Source of the DNA: Anolis carolinensis | Lineage: Eukaryota | Reading direction: 5' to 3' | Assembly: GCF_035594765.1 (NCBI RefSeq) | Contig: NW_026943819.1 | Coordinates: forward strand, 18,836,703-18,900,702 | Length of the DNA: 64,000 nucleotides | Shown here: positions 12,692 to 26,317 of the stretch, one piece after another | Layout of the letters: the number at the start of each line of letters is the position of its first letter | Position numbering within the stretch: the stretch's first letter is position 1 | Notes under the pieces: model-generated | The model's database searches: none | Told to the model about the DNA's origin: nothing | What the model saw: only the letters and a program-made list of their open reading frames with translations | Position numbers and translations under genes: made by a program

Positions 12692-14844
12692 CACTAGCCT
12701 ATAAGTGGGAATAATGTGCTTCCTCTAATTTGGGACTATAATTCCCATCAGCCCTACTTAGCATTGCCACTCACAGCTCTGAATAACACCTCCCTATAGA
12801 TTGAAGGTGAGGGAGAGATATTTAATTATCTCTTTTGCCCCTGATGAAAACTCACTTCCCCAAAGACTCTTGTACAAAAAGGGGTGTGCTATTCTAAAGC
12901 TGAATAACAAGAATGGGGAAAGAGTTAAAACCCATCTCTCCCCATCTCTCTCCCTTGGGAAAAAGACAGTCATGAATAAATACATGTCACCACCTACCTT
13001 GGGCTTAACCTTACTACTTCCTACCAAGGATTGGTATAGGAGGAAAGAAAGGGGACAAGACAGAAAGAGAGACTCCAAAACAGCTTGTAAGAAAATAGTT
13101 TGTATGGGACACTACTGTGAATCTCAAATGCTTTTACCAGCTGTTTCCCATCTCTCTCTCTCTCTGTACACTGTCTAATGTCAGATCTTCCATTCATTGA
13201 CATAACTACAGTTGGGATTTGCCTACTGTTGTCTCGCCAAAAGAGTTATGTTTTGTTAGTATTTTTGGGAGAAAACGAATTTTTTGGGGGTGGGAATTTT
13301 CCCCCTTTTTGATTCATTGCTCTAACAGCACTTGAAATTCTTTTGCAGGTTTCCCCCGCTGAATATGCATGGGAAATAAAAAATGTCTTCTAAACTTTCA
13401 TGAATACAAATGACACACTTCTTAAAGAAGTGCCAAAATTCTTCACTAAAAGTGTGTTGGGGGAAAAGTTATATTTAGCAACAGTTATCATACCAGAAGA
13501 AAGGTAATTTTTGTAGGACACCCATTCTGTGCCTACATGTGAAGCAGTTTCCTTCAAAAAGCCCTTTTAAGTGTGCTCTTAAAGAAATGCTCTTGTTTAT
13601 TCAAAGAGAACAAATACATAGCAAGATACTAAGAGGCATGTTATATTTAGGGATATAAAACTTGACTGATTTTCTTCTCAAAGGTAATGTAGCATTTTCA
13701 AAGCCTATCTACAATTTGGAATCTATTCTCCCTCAAATTTACAAGTTGTTGTTTTGCACAGAAAATTGTATTTTTCTATGCAAGAAACAGCATTGTAATA
13801 TTTCTGTCAAAAATATTATTTTCTGGGTAAAAATTGTGTTTCCAGAACAGGAACTGCCCTTCTCTGTGCAAAACAATCATATATGGATCTTACACAAAAC
13901 GAATCTCGAATTGGAAAGATTGTATCAATTCAAAATTCTTCTTATCAGTGTTTACAGATTTATCTATCATTTTTCAGATGTTTTCAAATATGCTTTCCAT
14001 CCCTTTCACTGACAGGTATAGGGCTGGAATCACAGAAGGATAAGCATACGCCTCCAAAAGCAGAGCCCATTTCCGAACAGCGAAGTGCAGAGCAGGATGA
14101 CAAAAGACCATATTAACTGGAAATCTTATGGTTGGAAGGATTGTTCTGGAAGCTAATAAAGAAAGTGTTATCTCCAAGTGCAGCGTAAGGATGAAACATG
14201 CACACCACAAATCAAAGTCTGTGAAACATTGGTTTAAATAATACCTCTAAGCCATCATAACAGAAAGAAAACCAGTTTTGTGGGGAGGGAACGTTCAGCA
14301 GAGAGAGAAGTCAAAGTGATAAAGGGAACAAGATTTATGAGAAACCAGGCCAAAGTGTTGGCTTCAATATAATGGCAACTCTAACCCTCATCACTCCAAC
14401 GAGCTTGATGGTTTTTGCTGTCTTTTGTCTTATTGGCCATTCATGATGATTTTCATCTTCGTCGCCTCCTTGCCTTTGCCTCGCATCTGCGGCGCTTCAC
14501 CCGCGATGCTCGTCTCGACTCCTCTGTCAGTTCACGTCTACTTCCCCATTCATCCCGTTCCCTGTTGCTGTATCTTTCTCTTTGGGTTAGTGTTTAGAAT
14601 GTCAAAATCATTCCGTCTGACAAAGTTTCAACTTGCCGGCATCTCCCTTGTCTGCCCAGATTTCCATCAGTCCCTTTTCCACTTGTCTAAGCATTTTAAT
14701 GACATATGGTTCCAGGGTGGAGCGACGTAAGAATGGGAAACACAGAGTGCACATAGGCAGCAACCATTGGGAATAGGAAGGATCTCTCTTTCATTTAGCA
14801 AAAAGATAAATTTCACCATCTGAGCCATTGTGAGGACATCAGTA

Positions 14845-15491
14845 CAGTGTTCCCTCACTACTTCGCGGTTCGCTTTTTGCGGATTCGCTGTTTCACGGTT
14901 TTTCAATAATCTCTAAAAGAGTACAGTAGAGTCTCACTTATCCAACACTCGATTATCCAACGTTCTGGATTATCCAATGCATTTTTGTAGTCAAGGTTTT
15001 CAATACATCGTGATATTTTGGTGCTAAATTCGTAAATACAGTAATTACCACATAGCATTACTGTGTATTGAACTACTTTTTCTGTCAATTTTGTTGTATA
15101 ACATGATGTTTTGGTGCTTAATTTGTAAAATCATAACCTAATTTGATGTTTAATAGGCTTTTCCTTAATCTCTCCTTATTATCCAACATATTCGCTTATC
15201 CAACGTTCTGCCGGCCCGTTTATGTGGGATAAGTGAGACTCTACTGTATTATAAATCAGAAAAATTACAATTTACAGCCTAAAGAAGGGAGGAAGAAGAA
15301 GCCAAAGGGAGAGAAAAGGAGCCCAAGCGGCAACAGGAGGAGGAGATTTATCAACACATAATTGGTTGATAAAGACTTAAAATAGTGTATAACTAGAATA
15401 ATGTATAATGAATAGCGTCCTTACTTCATGGATTTTCACTTATTGCAGGTGGTCCTGGAACCTAATCCCCACGATAAGTGAGAGAACACTG
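14845..15491. mobile_element. Tc1/mariner (Tigger/pogo-like) MITE hosting a second MITE
   Basis: TA-flanked; TIR CAGTGTTCCCTCACT / AGTGAGAGAACACTG; body matches 35766-37204. Confidence 0.85.
14924..15246. mobile_element. Tc1/mariner MITE, CAGTAGAGTCTCACTTATCC family
   Basis: TA TSD, 20-bp TIRs; nested in the 14845 MITE. Confidence 0.92.
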
Positions 15492-16492
15492 TATTGAAGT
15501 TTTTCACCAATCAAAATTAGTCATCCTGGAACGATAGCAGAAATAAGACCTTGGATTTCATTGTTATTGGATTTTAAAGCCCAGTTTGGAAAAGCTGGCA
15601 TTTCTGTCCGCTTCTTTCAATGCATCGAATCTCTGATTTGTTTACTTTTCAGCTCTTCTTTGCATGCCAGCTCAATCATGTACTTGTAATTTGCTCTGAT
15701 GTGTACATGCTTTCCATAACCTATCCCACTTCTTTATGCATCCCTAAACAAAATTGTTATTCTCCACCTTGCCTCTCATTGCTCTCCCCTCCCACTTCTT
15801 CTTCTCTCTTCTTCTGCCTGTTGCGATGGAAGTACATATTGAGGTGGAGGGAGAAGCAGGGGATCAATCAGCTATCAAGAGAGAAGTTTTCTTCACATAA
15901 TTGATTGCTACGTACATTTTATTTGTAGGATACTGCTGTTACTTTATTGGAATGAATTAGAGCCTATAGCAATACATATGGTCGGAGTGTTTTCTTTTTT
16001 CTCTCTCTCAAGCTGGAGATTGACAATTACATGTTTACAAATCAAACTCTAGCTTCATAAATGCTTCAAGCATACCACAGTTTATTTTTACGCCAGAAGT
16101 CTAACGTTCATTTTCTTTACTCATTCAGCAATTGTGACAGATCTACCATAGTGAGACAACACTATAATCTACTACATTTTAAACTGTGCCATACAAGGCC
16201 TAGAGAAGTTGCATGACACTTATACACTCACAGACACAATATTACATGGAAATTTTAACCATGAATTTTGTTGAAGTAAAAAAAATAGGGAGTTCATATT
16301 CATAACACTATGTAAAAATATGAAAGGTTTTCTGTTCCTGGTTTGAAAGTGTTGTTTCCTTTTTAATTGTGCAGTATTTACTTTGAAAGTATTTGTTATA
16401 CTCCAGAAACTTCAAACATCTATGGAATTGTTTGAGGAGGAAATGGTTCTACTGAAAATTGGTCTATTGCTGCTTTTGGTGTCCTAGAGCAT

Positions 16493-16669
16493 GAGAGTGG
16501 TACAGAGATTTGGACATTGGACTATGACTTTGGAGACCAGGATTCAAATCCGAGCTCAGCCATGGAAACCCAGTGGGTGATCTTAGGAACGGTCATCCAC
16601 TGTCAGCCCCAGAAAACCCTATGATAGAGTTGCTGTAAGTTAGAAACAACTTGAAGGCATGCAACAACA
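16493..16669 (+). mobile_element. Older short tRNA-derived SINE with RTE-like (CAA)n tail
   Basis: GGATTCAAATCC B-box, AGCCATGGAAACCCAGTGGGTGA core, ACTTGAAGGCATGCAACAACA tail. Related decayed copies near 9230-9560, 30730-30915, 32335-32545, 38930-39345, 41200-41285 and 46860-47065. Confidence 0.65.
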
Positions 16670-17196
16670 TCCGAGTTGTTAGTTCAAAAGAAGATTAAAG
16701 TTTCCTGTATCAATTTTCACTAGCTTGATTCCTTTTCACCACAGCCATCTCATTTCACTGCATTTTCTCCTGGTGATAACTTCATGAACATGTGGCACTA
16801 AGATTGGAAATCTTTTACATTCTGCAATAAATAAATCCTAGCCACCAGGAGTTTATAAAATCCCAGTGGAGAGGTTGACTAGAAAGCATTAAGGGTGCTG
16901 ATGGGTTTTGTTATACTATCACCGAAGCAATGGTTGCCAATATTTGTCTCTCTTGCTCTGATATTTCCTTGTGTTAGGGGGCAAATTCATATTGAGGTAT
17001 GAGGGTTTGAATGCATATTGCAAGGATGGGGAAACTATGTTCCTCCATGCCTATCAGCCTGAGCCAGAATAGCCAAGGGGAAGGGTGCAAGGTGCACATT
17101 ACTGTTCTACATGCACATATTGTGGAAAGTAGGGTTAGGTGTGAGGAACTACGTACTTTATCTTTGACCACTGTTATGTCTTGATTAGCCTTGAAT

Positions 17197-17424
17197 TTAT
17201 TTATTTATTTATTTATTTACAGCATTTATATTCCGCCCTTCTCACCCCGAAGGGGACTCAGGGCGGATCACATTACACATATAGGCAAACATTCAATGCC
17301 TTTTAACATAGAACAAAGACAAACAAACATAGGATCCGTGCAGGCCTCGAACTCATGACCTCCTGGTCAGAGTCATTCATTGCAATGATTCATTGCAGCT
17401 GCTCTCCAGCCTGCGCCACAGCCC
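17197..17424 (-). mobile_element. L2-tailed SINE, short variant
   Basis: Nearly identical to 10190-10425. Confidence 0.88.
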
Positions 17425-17961
17425 GAATGGGGCTAACAGCAGAGCTAAAGAGACATAAAAAATGTTGTCCCTTCCCATACTGCCACATTTCTATTCCTGG
17501 AGGTTCCTTCACCTGTTCTACAGGAGACAGGTAGACAAAGGAAATGATATATCCCACATCACATACAGTTTAGGTATCACTTACCTTTCCCTATGATCCT
17601 GTGGCACTTTGCAAGTCCTTAATTGTGATCAGCCTGCCTGGAGTTTGCTCAGTTCATAATTCATGTCCTCATTCAGTATGCAACACCATGCTACAGCACA
17701 AGGGTATCAACACATGCCCAGCTGCATTACAAATGGTCATGAAAGATGTATTTAGGACATCACACGCAAGAACTTCAAATGAAACAGTTGGGTTGTGCTG
17801 GAGGTGCAGCCCCAACTCGTTCATTCCCCGTGTCTGCTCAATTTATTTTGACAAATGCATAACTGGCTGATACTGTGCTGAGGCTTTGGGCAAGTCTATG
17901 TGTCTATCCTGAGCTATGTGGCTATCCTGAGCTGTCTCAAAATATTTTTCATGAACAAAAA

Positions 17962-18094
17962 AGGTTTCTCAACCTGTGGGTCCCCAGGTGTTTTGGCCTA
18001 CAACTCCCAGAAATCCCAGCCAGTTTACCAGCTGTTAGGATTTCTTGGAGTTGAAGGCCAAAACATCGAAGGACCCACAGATTGAGAACCCCTA
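17962..18094. mobile_element. Palindromic hAT MITE with SPIN-like TIR
   Basis: TTCTCAACCTGTGGGTCCCC...GGACCCACAGATTGAGAACC. Confidence 0.8.
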
Positions 18095-19420
18095 GCCTAG
18101 AACATATAGTTTCATTTATCCACATTTTAACTTATTCACCAAGAGCCTCAGTACACTAAGAATCTCCTTAGCAATATTTCCATAATTGATTATATGGAAA
18201 ATAGGATGCCATACCTTTATCTGTGGTTTTTGCACATGCTTGTGAAAACTTGGGACATATCCCCCACAGATATAAGGGTTGTACTGTAGAATCAACAAAG
18301 CCTAAAAACAACCTGTTGATTCATTGGAATTGCTGGGAAGCTTGGCCAATGGGCTTTTATCCGTTTGAGTCTCAAAGCACTTATTTCTAAAGAAAAAAAA
18401 TGGATACGAAACATATTAATTTCCATCTGAGGGTTCATCTAACCCTATGGTTTGCAAGAAGTATCAGAACTACCAACAAAAACAGGAACAAAAAAGAAAA
18501 AAATGGAGGAGGAGGTTCACTTGTGCTGCTCCTTTTTTCTGGTAAGGAGGCTGATTTAATGGATGCATTGCTTTGCTTCAGAGTTTCTGTATCTCTATAG
18601 GAGGGATATCCAGCATGGAAACTGACTAGCCTCCGTTTCATTAGAGTATGTTTTACTATTTGCAGAAAAGACAGAATGCACACAGCATGTGAGCTTCCCC
18701 ACCCTTTGCACACAATCTCAGCCAAGATATGTGCCACCCAGAGCTTCAAGGAAGACGTTATGCAATATTCCAGTCATTAAATCCCTAAAAGACTGCACTC
18801 CCTTCGCCTACATCAATCTTATTTCTGTATAGGTGATCAAGGGGTTAATTAGGGGGGAAAGCAGCTCCGCAAGGGAGGTAGGAGTGCCTTGCATAATTAA
18901 GGATTTTAGTCCCTTTTCCTGTAATTATCCATCATATAATCATCAGCAGTTCTATTTCATTTAGGGAGACTTGGCATGGGTTCCAGACATCACCATAAAC
19001 ACACAAATGAGCTGTAATGCTTTTTTGTGTTTGGTGTCTGTATTGTTCAAGTGTCATAGAATAAAATAGTAAGTCATTTATCAGTTTTGACCTCTATATG
19101 CATTTTGTATTTTTTGTGGTTTGGGTGTGTGTGTTTAATAAAGATATTAACATATGAATAAAGTGAAAGGGCCATGCTCTTCCAGGACAGTCATTCTCCT
19201 TTTTGTATTAATGTTTGATAATTTTGTCACCCAAATAAGCATTGTTAAAGCACACACATAGCCCCAAGCCAGGATTCCTGGTAAAGGCAGTTTTCCAAGG
19301 TTCAAAATTCTCCCTTTTCGTAAGCAGTCCTGATGATAACTTCACTATTAAGTCATGTAGATATGACAAGTTTCAATTTTCAGTATGAATTACTAGCAGT
19401 TTGCAGGAATCAGTAATACT

Positions 19421-19740
19421 AGGTAAAGGTTTTCCCCTGACATTAAGTCCAGTCGTGTCCGATTCTGGGGGTTGGTGCTCATCTCCATTTCTAAGCTGAA
19501 GAGCTGGCATTGTCTGTAGACACCTCCAAGGTCATGTGGCCGGCATGACTGAATGGAGAGCTGTTACCTTCCCACCGGAACGGTACCTATTGATCTACTC
19601 ACATTCGCATGTTTTCGAACTGCTAGGTTGGCAGAAGCTAGGGCTAACAGCGGGTGCTCAATCCGCTCTTCGGATTCGAACCTGTGACCTTTTGGTCAGC
19701 AAGTTCAGCAGCTCAGTGAGTTAACATGCTGTGTCACCAG
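19421..19740 (-). mobile_element. Sauria SINE
   Basis: AGGTAAAGGT tail (ACCTTT repeats on the minus strand), BovB-like 3' region, B-box GGTTCGAATCC. Confidence 0.9.
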
Positions 19741-20156
19741 TATGATATATAGTATATATAATATATATATATATATATATACCAGTGTGTTCTATTTCTT
19801 AACTGGATCTGTAGGTCATGTATTTTGTGGTGATAGTGGCATATATCTGGTAATAAGTTACCATGAATTCCACAAGTCTTGCTTCTAAATAGACATGTAC
19901 AAAAGTGCTGAACCATATTACAAACTATTTCAAACCATGCACTGACTAATCCATGATAACTAGAGGTTCACATTTGCCTCGATATCCAAATCCAGAATCC
20001 AAACTAAATTGAAGCATTCAGATGATATCTTGGCTTGTCTAAACTGAAGCAGGTGTCACTTGGAAATTGTGTAAACACAGGATTGCACACTTTCTAAAGC
20101 TTTGGGAACAAAATGTAAAAACCCTCTACACAATGCTGTTGAATGGTTGTCTCATA

Positions 20157-20418
20157 CAGGCAGTCCTAGATTACAAACGTGACAACTTGGCAAAATGGCA
20201 GAAGGGTCATCCAGTGTCAGTATCCTCCTAGTCCCCAGATACATTTACAAGCACTCCTTGAGTTAGAAACATCCAACTTACAAATGACTCATAGTTAAGA
20301 ATGGGGTGAAACAACAGGAAGTGAGTGACATCTACCCCCGAGAAGGGAAATTCACTCCTGAAAGAGTTATCATAGGGAAAGGGGTCTCCACTGAAGCTTT
20401 TTCACCAATCCTTGTTTT
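20157..20418. mobile_element. Tigger-like DNA transposon fragment
   Basis: TA-CAGGCAGTCC terminus and ACTTACAAATGACTCATAGTTAAGAA subterminal motif. Confidence 0.5.
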
Positions 20419-23400
20419 GTGGGCCCCAAAATTGTCTTGGAAGAAATACATAGTCTACAGGCTGCAATTTGCCCATTCTTGCGCTAAAACCTTCTAAAAG
20501 CTCCTGTGATATGGTTTAGTGCTATCAATATTTACTTGTAGCATGACTGAAAGCTGTATGCATCTGAAAGTCACTGCCAATGGAAACTTTCCAAAGCAGG
20601 AGAGAAGAAGAAAAATACGAACATATGTTTTAAAGAGCAGATGGAAACTCTTTGTTCCCACATGGAGGCTCTTAAGGAACCACAGGTGGTCACAGCACTC
20701 TTGCTTTCAGCCAACAGATTGCATATCCTTCCCTAATGTGCTGAACAGATATTGACTCGGGCTTTGTTCCTCAAACCCTCTACCAGTTCAATGCACTTCA
20801 AAAACAATAGTGAAGGAAGGCATTGTTTTATGTTACATAGATTGCTTCAGATGCAGCAGTATGGAAGTCCCATCAGACTAGTTGGGGTTGAAAAGATGGC
20901 AATCAATAAGCTGAACAGTACTCAGAACTTTTTAAAAAGTTGAGCTAATGGCCTCCAATGTTATGAAGCCTCCATGATATAGTACTACTGCTGAAGCCAA
21001 GAAGCTACGGCCCTGTGATGTTCATGGATAGATCTGACATGAAGTTGTAGGTAAACTCCACTGCAGAGGATACAAAGTGATGTAGAGCTGGTTCTCCGCA
21101 TGAAGTTGGGTTGCAACTTCTCCCAACAACCCTCACAATTGGCAACTTTGGCTCAGGCTGAATGAACAAGTTACAATCCAACAAAGCCTAGTTCCAGTTC
21201 CTGGGATAATGAACTACAGGACAGATATATTTTGAGTCTTTTTCAAAATAGACGTACTTTATTTGGAAAGGGAAATTATTAATATTTATACACAAGTCTG
21301 TATCATGTACATTCCCTTTCAAAAGCATTTCACTTATGAACTTATAAATAGTTTTCTTTTTAAAATAGTGTGCCTTAGAATATTCCCCAAGGAAGTTTTG
21401 AAAGCCGTGGGTTTAAACTCTACCCGGAGAGGATTTATAGCTGAAGCTTTGAGGGAGCTCTGCCACATTTTGAGGCTCTGGGGTTCTAAGGAGGCATTGA
21501 TTTTTGCCAAGGACAACATCATGATTTATCGTCCAGAGCAAGAAATATTGAGTGACGTGAAGGCTAGTTCAATATCATCCTAAGGGATAATAAATCTTAA
21601 TGGGAAACAGAAGAAGTCAATCTGCTCCTGATATTGTGTATCAGGCCAATGCTTGTAAAATAACAATGTCTTATCATTATTATGTAAGCAGTCAACCATA
21701 TCATGACTATGATACCTCATGAAACCGTTCTTTCATCAGAATTATGCCTCTTACTCAAACACATCCGTTGATTCTGCAATGAGTTTGTCTCTTATCAACC
21801 ATGGCAGCTAATATTTTACTATCTGGATATTCTTGCTTTTTTAAAATTAATTTTAATTAATTTTTGGGAAATTAGTAAAGCTATGATTTGTGATGGAATA
21901 GCAAGCATAAGGGTTGGTTTTCAGCCCCGGAGATTCATGGTGGATCTCAAGGCAAACTAGAAGTGACAAAAATCACTTCAAATTTGTATTTCAGGAGTCT
22001 TCAGATGGTTTTTAAGAGTTTAAAAGTGTTTGAAAGGTTTAAACAAACCATTCTTGAAGAAATCATTGTGTTTTTGGACTACTTGGGGGCAAATCTGAGG
22101 CGATTTTAAAGTCAGTATGAGTAGTGTTTCTTAACCTTTACCAAAAATGGAGTGCGTAGAATGGCAAAAGACAAAAACGCAGTCCATCTCAGGAGAACCT
22201 AAAAGAAGCACCGACCATCTTTATTCTCTACAAAGTAGCATCACTTCTGGTCTTTTGGAATGTCTAGGTGAGAAATGGAGGTGATGGACAGGGACATCTG
22301 TCCCCTTGAAGTAGTATTTGTACTTTCCCATTGGTGGAATGACCCTCAACATCCTTGGGTTATATCAAAATCCATAACTCCGGTCCCAAAACCTGCTCTT
22401 GACTTATACATGAGGTTGGCTTATACACAAATACTGTATAAAGTAGTTTTTTAAGCCATATTTGAGACTACCTGAGAAGAAAGAGTCTATTATAATGATT
22501 TTGTGGACCACAGACAGCTCCATCAAAAACAAGGTGAACTAAATAATTTGGGAATCTGAACTGTTTCTGAAACTAGGGTGATAAAACCCATCATATCCGA
22601 GGAAGAGTGATGAGGTCATCTTTCATTCTTCATTTTACACTGAGTTGAAAAAGGTAAGAATTCAGAATCCCTTTTTATTAGAAAATATATTGAAATGTAC
22701 CAAAACCAATAGTCAGATCTTTTCAAAAACATAATCACTTCCCTAATATGGACTCTGTGTATCGAGGAGAACACTGGAGTTCTGTTAGCTAACACTTAAG
22801 AGTGCATTTCTGATTATGGGCTTATGCTTTACAAATGGCAATTATAATCATTTTGACCAACTGAAATTTTACATGAAGGAAAACACTACCTTTGCATGCA
22901 GTAAGCTTTGGAACAAAGGTTGCTTGTGACAAAGAAAGGTATATAAGAATGCAGACCTTTTAAAAACACTGTTAAAATAGTAAACAAATTGATGCTAGTG
23001 ATCTAAAGCTATCTCTAATTTTTCTTAATCTCAATGACATTGACACAATTTAATGTTTTATAAAAGTGTTCTGCTTTTTCTTGCTGTTCAGGCATTTTTT
23101 GTGAAGAAAACAAGAACACCACCCTGATTGTTGAAAAATACCACTGCGTTTAACAAAAAATACAATGTTTTGTACAAACAAATGTATTGACTTATGTAAA
23201 ACATGGCATTTTACATGAAATGGTTGGTGGGTTTTGTGCAAAGAAATGTCACACACTAAAACCCACACACACTATATGAAAAATAAAAACAAACAAGCAG
23301 AAAACCTTTAATAATCCCACTTTGGAGTTTAAATGAGGTTAAGTGCCTGCAATAAAGAAATGGGTAAAACATTCAATTCCATGGAAATCAACAAGCAACC

Positions 23401-23972
23401 ATGAAATGTCTTCATATCTGACTTCATTGCATTGATGAGTGTCCCGTCCCATCCCGTCCCGTTTCACTGGCAATCATCAGCGAAATGGAAGGGGTGTGTG
23501 GCAACTCGACATGAACTGTGCACCCTCCTTTCTTCCCTTATCACATGGGGAAGGGTGGCAGAATTAGGGAAAGGCGTATTGGTGTTTCCTTCATTAGACA
23601 GGAGAAAGTGTAAAAACTGCACCTTGCTCCATTGGACAGGAGACAGGAGACTCACTGTGTTAGTGAGGAAGCTTCTTGCAGTGCTTCCTCGATGCTTCTC
23701 CCACTGATGAGGCGGGACCACAGCCTGAGTCATTTGATGGGATATGTCCAGATCTGAGGCTGAAGAAATTCCCCAACATAGTAAGGGGCAAAAAAAAACA
23801 AACCCAAAATCCCTGTGTGATGAGGCGGAAACTTTCCCTGAAAGAGAGACAGTTTGTCCACCTCTCCCTGTTTTGTCATGAAAGTTTGAAAATGCTTTGC
23901 CATTCATCCTGAGTTCAAAAGATAATAGCAAAACTCATTTGGGTTAGTTAAGGCACACTCTGAGCTTTGGAA

Positions 23973-24847
23973 TATTTATTTATTTATTTGCAGTATTTAT
24001 ATTCTGCCCTTCTCACCCCGAAGGGGATTCAGGGTGGATTGCAATGCACATATATATGGAAAACATTCAATGCCATCAGACAAACTATTTATTTATTTAT
24101 TTATTTATTTATTACATGCATTTATACCCCTCCCTTCTCCCCGAGGGGACTCAGAGCGGCTTACATTCTGCCACGAGGGCCAGCAACAAATATACTATAA
24201 AATATACTATAAAACAACATACAGTATAGACACACACAGAGGCAATTTAACATTTCCAGCTTCATGAGGGTATGCTGGAGCCTCTGGTGGCCTAGGGGAT
24301 AAAAGCCTTGTGACTTGAAGGTTGGGTTGCTGACCTGAAAGCTACCAGGTTTGAATCCCACCCGGGGAGAGCGTGGATGAGCTCCCTCTTTCAGCTCCAG
24401 CTCCAGCTCCATGCGGGGACATGAGAAAAGCCTCCCACAAGGATGGTAAAACATCAAAACATCCGGGCGTCCCCGGGCAACGTCCTTGCAGATGGCCAAT
24501 TCTCTCACTCCAGAAGCAACTCCAGTTGCTCCTGACACAAAAAACAAAAACAAAAACAAACATGAGGGTATGCTTGATTCCGGACACAGGGGGATCTGTT
24601 GCTTCACCGTCCACTAGTTACACCGAGTACTGTACTTCCTCATTCCTTTTCACGTGTTTCTGGCAGTTTTATGGTGTTGTAAAATTAGTTAAATTAGCCT
24701 CCCGCATAAAGCGTACCTAAATTTCCTAGTTGACAGATGCAACTGTCTTTCGGGCTGCTTAGGTAAATAGAAAGCTGGGCTATTTAATGGTCGGGGGCTT
24801 AACTCAACCCGGGCTTCGAACTCATGACCTCTCGGTCAGTAGTGATT
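23973..24847 (-). mobile_element. Long L2-tailed SINE with nested insertions
   Basis: (TATT)n tail at 23973, a second L2-type tail at ~24087-24165, head CGAACTCATGACCTCTCGGTCAG at ~24820-24845. Confidence 0.8.
24277..24560 (+). mobile_element. Full-length young GCTCCTGACAC-tail SINE nested in another SINE
   Basis: Perfect 14-bp TSD CATGAGGGTATGCT (24263-24276, 24561-24574). Confidence 0.92.
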
Positions 24848-26205
24848 AGGATTAGGAATAGGACTCAAAATGTTCTTTGATATACAGGGCCCAGCAGAGA
24901 AGTGTGGGCATGGCTCCTCAAAGGCTAACTCAAGGTGAAAATAGTCCCCTGAACCTACAGAGTTTGAAAGATGTCTACTGAACTCTATACACAGTAAAAA
25001 AAATAAAAATAAAACCTTTAAACCTAGCCTGAAGTAGAAATCTTATGTAACATCCCAAACTAAATTCAGTCAAGTTCACATTCTAACTTATTCCATCTCA
25101 CATCACAATCCGTGCCCAGTGCATTTTAATCTGTGTTTGTTTGACAGAGTGAATTGCCTGTTCCTGATTGCAATGCATTTTCCATAAGTACCTGCCTTTG
25201 GAGTTAGCCCTGGAGAGCAGGCCGACTGCCAAAAGATGAACTCCAGCTTTTTATGTCCACTTCTGAGAGAATATCCAATTGCAGGCAAAGTCTAAAAACA
25301 AGCCACCAAAAGCACTTTGTCTTCAGCAAGGGGATAACGGAGGACTACTGTGTGACTAAAGCGGCAATTTGTATTACATGCTTGCATATGGCCAGAGTGA
25401 AGATGGAAATTTTAAAAGGAAAAAAAAACAAAAACAAGAGAGGGTAAAAAAAAGAGAGAATAGCTCCATAAATATCGTATCGTGAACAATACAGCTGTCT
25501 TTCCTGGACTGGTAAAGCTAAAGAATTTTTAAATACCCAGCGAAGACAAAAGAAAAGCTGTTAAGGGAATGGTGTAACAGATAGCCCTGCTACACATTTG
25601 CTGAGACTCATTTTGAATAACACTGGCAAATGAATTGATAGGAATAAAAAAGACGTGCCAAACGCTGTGCCATTACATTATAGGTGGCAGGATGTTAAAG
25701 TGAACAACACTATTGAGTGTTCTTTAGAAAAGCTTTTTTTGCAACAAAAAAAAAATCAAAAATACGGAGAACTGAAAAACGGGCTTCCTGTTTCTTTAAC
25801 TGAGTTTGAGAGACAGGCAAAACTTAGCCCTAAGGAAATACTTTTCACTCTCATTAAGAAGTTCCCAACACTATGGATAATTTTTTCATCAGGAACTGTT
25901 TTGACAGGAGGAAGAAGTGTTCACTTAAGCAGAATGAGAGAGTGGCAGAAAGTCCAGGAGGCAGCCTGAGAAATCTCAAGGTAGAACTGAGCAAGATTCC
26001 TACCTAAATATGGAGAGCCACTGGCATAAATGATATATAAAGAGCAGGATGAACCATTAATCTCAGTATGAGGTAGCTTTCTAAGAATGTTGCTTGGTCC
26101 ACATGCAAACATGTGTTTCAGCATTAGGTTTTGCAACAGGGATGTTGGAAGATCACTGCTATTTTCTCTTTGGACTCTACAAAGTGTGTATGTGTGTGTG
26201 TGTGT

Positions 26206-26293
26206 TTGACGAAAAACAACAGGAAAAACTCAGCCGCTATCAGGACCTCAAGATTGAACTTCAAAGACTCTGGCAGAAACCAGTACAGGTGGT
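26206..26293 (+). mobile_element. Isolated 88-bp internal R4 LINE fragment
   Basis: 86/88 identical to 63689-63776; encodes DEKQQEKLSRYQDLKIELQRLWQKPVQVV. Confidence 0.9.
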
Positions 26294-26317
26294 ACAATTT
26301 GTTAGTAGCCAATGTTT

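Noticed and set aside
14450-14590. Arg-rich minus-strand frame (ERYSNRERDEWGSRRE...RRRRR*)
   Set aside because: No ATG, stop immediately upstream, no convincing splice acceptor; kept only as a CpG islet.
14903-15088. Repeated MTEKVV...ISETLLY ORFs (also 26634, 53150)
   Set aside because: Translations of a non-coding MITE; no transposase motifs.
24161-24720. Recurring similar ORFs (also at 2560, 9450, 30090, 60929)
   Set aside because: Translations of SINE copies, not a protein family.
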